A DNA stretch of 64,000 nucleotides from contig CALVAJ010000009.1 of NCBI GenBank assembly GCA_944325505.1, positions 2,862-66,861 on the forward strand, in the 5' to 3' direction. Of this stretch, positions 63,111-64,000 are shown piece after piece. The position numbers and the translations under genes are program-made. Within the stretch, counting starts at the first letter, position 1. Every line of letters begins with the position of its first letter. The notes under the pieces were generated by a model. The model had not been told where the DNA came from and searched no databases. It was given only the letters and a program-made list of their open reading frames with translations. The stretch is from an uncultured Bacteroidales bacterium. Lineage in GTDB: Bacteria; Bacteroidota; Bacteroidia; Bacteroidales; UBA932.

Positions 63111-64000
63111 TTATTCTTCCTTTTTTGCCGTTGAAGTGAGGAAAAGTTCGTCCATCTGGATCTGGTCGATGTAAGACGGAGAGTCGATCATCACGTCACG
63201 ACCCTGGTTGTTCTTAGGGAAAGCGATGTAGTCCCTGATGGTCTCCTGACCTCCGAACAGTGCGCACACGCGGTCGAAACCGAACGCAAGACCTCCGTGA
63301 GGCGGAGCCCCGAACTTGAATGCGTTGATTATGAAGCCGAACTTGTACTGGGCATCCTCATCAGAGAAACCGAGGACTTCGAACATCCTCTGCTGGACCT
63401 TGGAGTCGTGAATCCTGATGGAGCCTCCGCCGAGTTCGGTACCATTGAGGACGAAATCGTATGCATTGGCACATACCTTCTCCAGATCTTCCTTCTTGTC
63501 GCTGTAGAACAGGTCGAGATGCTCGGGCTTAGGCGCGGTGAACGGATGGTGCATCGCATAGAAACGCTGAGTCTCGTCGTCCCATTCAAGGAGAGGGAAA
63601 TCAATTACCCACAGCGGTGCAAATGTATGAGGGTCGCGCAGTCCCAGACGGTTTCCCATCTCTATGCGCAGGACTCCCAGCATGGTCTGGGTCTTTCTCT
63701 TCTGACCGCAGAGGACGAGGATAAGGTCGCCCCTGCCAGCCTCCATTCTGGCCGCGATGGCCTGCAGCTGCTCCGGTGTATAGAATTTGTCGACAGACGA
63801 CTTGATGGAACCGTCTTCGTTTATCTTGATGTAGACCAGTCCTTTGGCTCCGACCTGAGGCCTCTTCACCCACTCTGTCAGCTCGTCCAGCTGCTTGCGG
63901 GTATAGCTTGCAAGGCCCGGAACGCAGATGGCTCCGACATATTCCACTGAGTCGAATACCGAAAAGCCGTGTCCCTGGACATCGGAAGTGATCTCATGGA
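63111..64000 (-). CDS. aspS: Aspartate-tRNA ligase, C-terminal part (5' end outside the window)
   Basis: Class II motifs ([29 protein letters not shown]). The reading frame continues to the window edge. Confidence 0.95.
   Translation of the reverse strand, partial: HEITSDVQGHGFSVFDSVEYVGAICVPGLASYTRKQLDELTEWVKRPQVGAKGLVYIKINEDGSIKSSVDKFYTPEQLQAIAARMEAGRGDLILVLCGQKRKTQTMLGVLRIEMGNRLGLRDPHTFAPLWVIDFPLLEWDDETQRFYAMHHPFTAPKPEHLDLFYSDKKEDLEKVCANAYDFVLNGTELGGGSIRIHDSKVQQRMFEVLGFSDEDAQYKFGFIINAFKFGAPPHGGLAFGFDRVCALFGGQETIRDYIAFPKNNQGRDVMIDSPSYIDQIQMDELFLTSTAKKEE

Overview
This is a 64-kb chromosomal segment that looks like Bacteroidota, probably Bacteroidales. The evidence is the recurrent TAnnTTTG -7 promoter motifs about 30-60 nt upstream of gene starts and the gene content: a CarboxypepD_reg-type TonB-dependent receptor, a PG0541-like protein beside an RND pump, a GldH-like lipoprotein after PSP1/holB, and a DUF368 gene. 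Most of the window is housekeeping. It holds rplA(partial)-rplJ-rplL-rpoB-rpoC and a 13-kb minus-strand purine operon (purE-purK-purL-purF-[type II pantothenate-kinase-like gene]-purM-purH-purD-folD). It also holds cysS, xth, mscL, miaA, ahcY, smpB, trmB, holB, ispB-like, trxA, lgt and aspS(partial), plus two tripartite efflux operons (one MacAB-TolC-like ABC, one RND). The only clearly accessory stretch is 32.2-38.0 kb. It contains convergent tRNA-Arg(TCT) and tRNA-Val(TAC) genes and a 3-gene cassette (GNAT, secreted alpha/beta hydrolase, DedA). Two inverted ~235-bp motif arrays bracket the cassette; their motif spacing is exactly conserved but their spacers are unrelated. The stretch also carries a 5'-truncated group II intron remnant and a 3 x ~124-bp tandem repeat between a promoter motif and tRNA-Val. 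Other observations are long perfect-stem palindromes in two intercistronic gaps of the pur operon, a 45-nt inverted repeat flanking the TonB-dependent receptor gene, and small intergenic repeat fragments shared between distant loci. I found no CRISPR array, rRNA, intact transposase/integrase or recognisable defence system. All calls rest on reading the sequence and recalling protein families; no database search was run.
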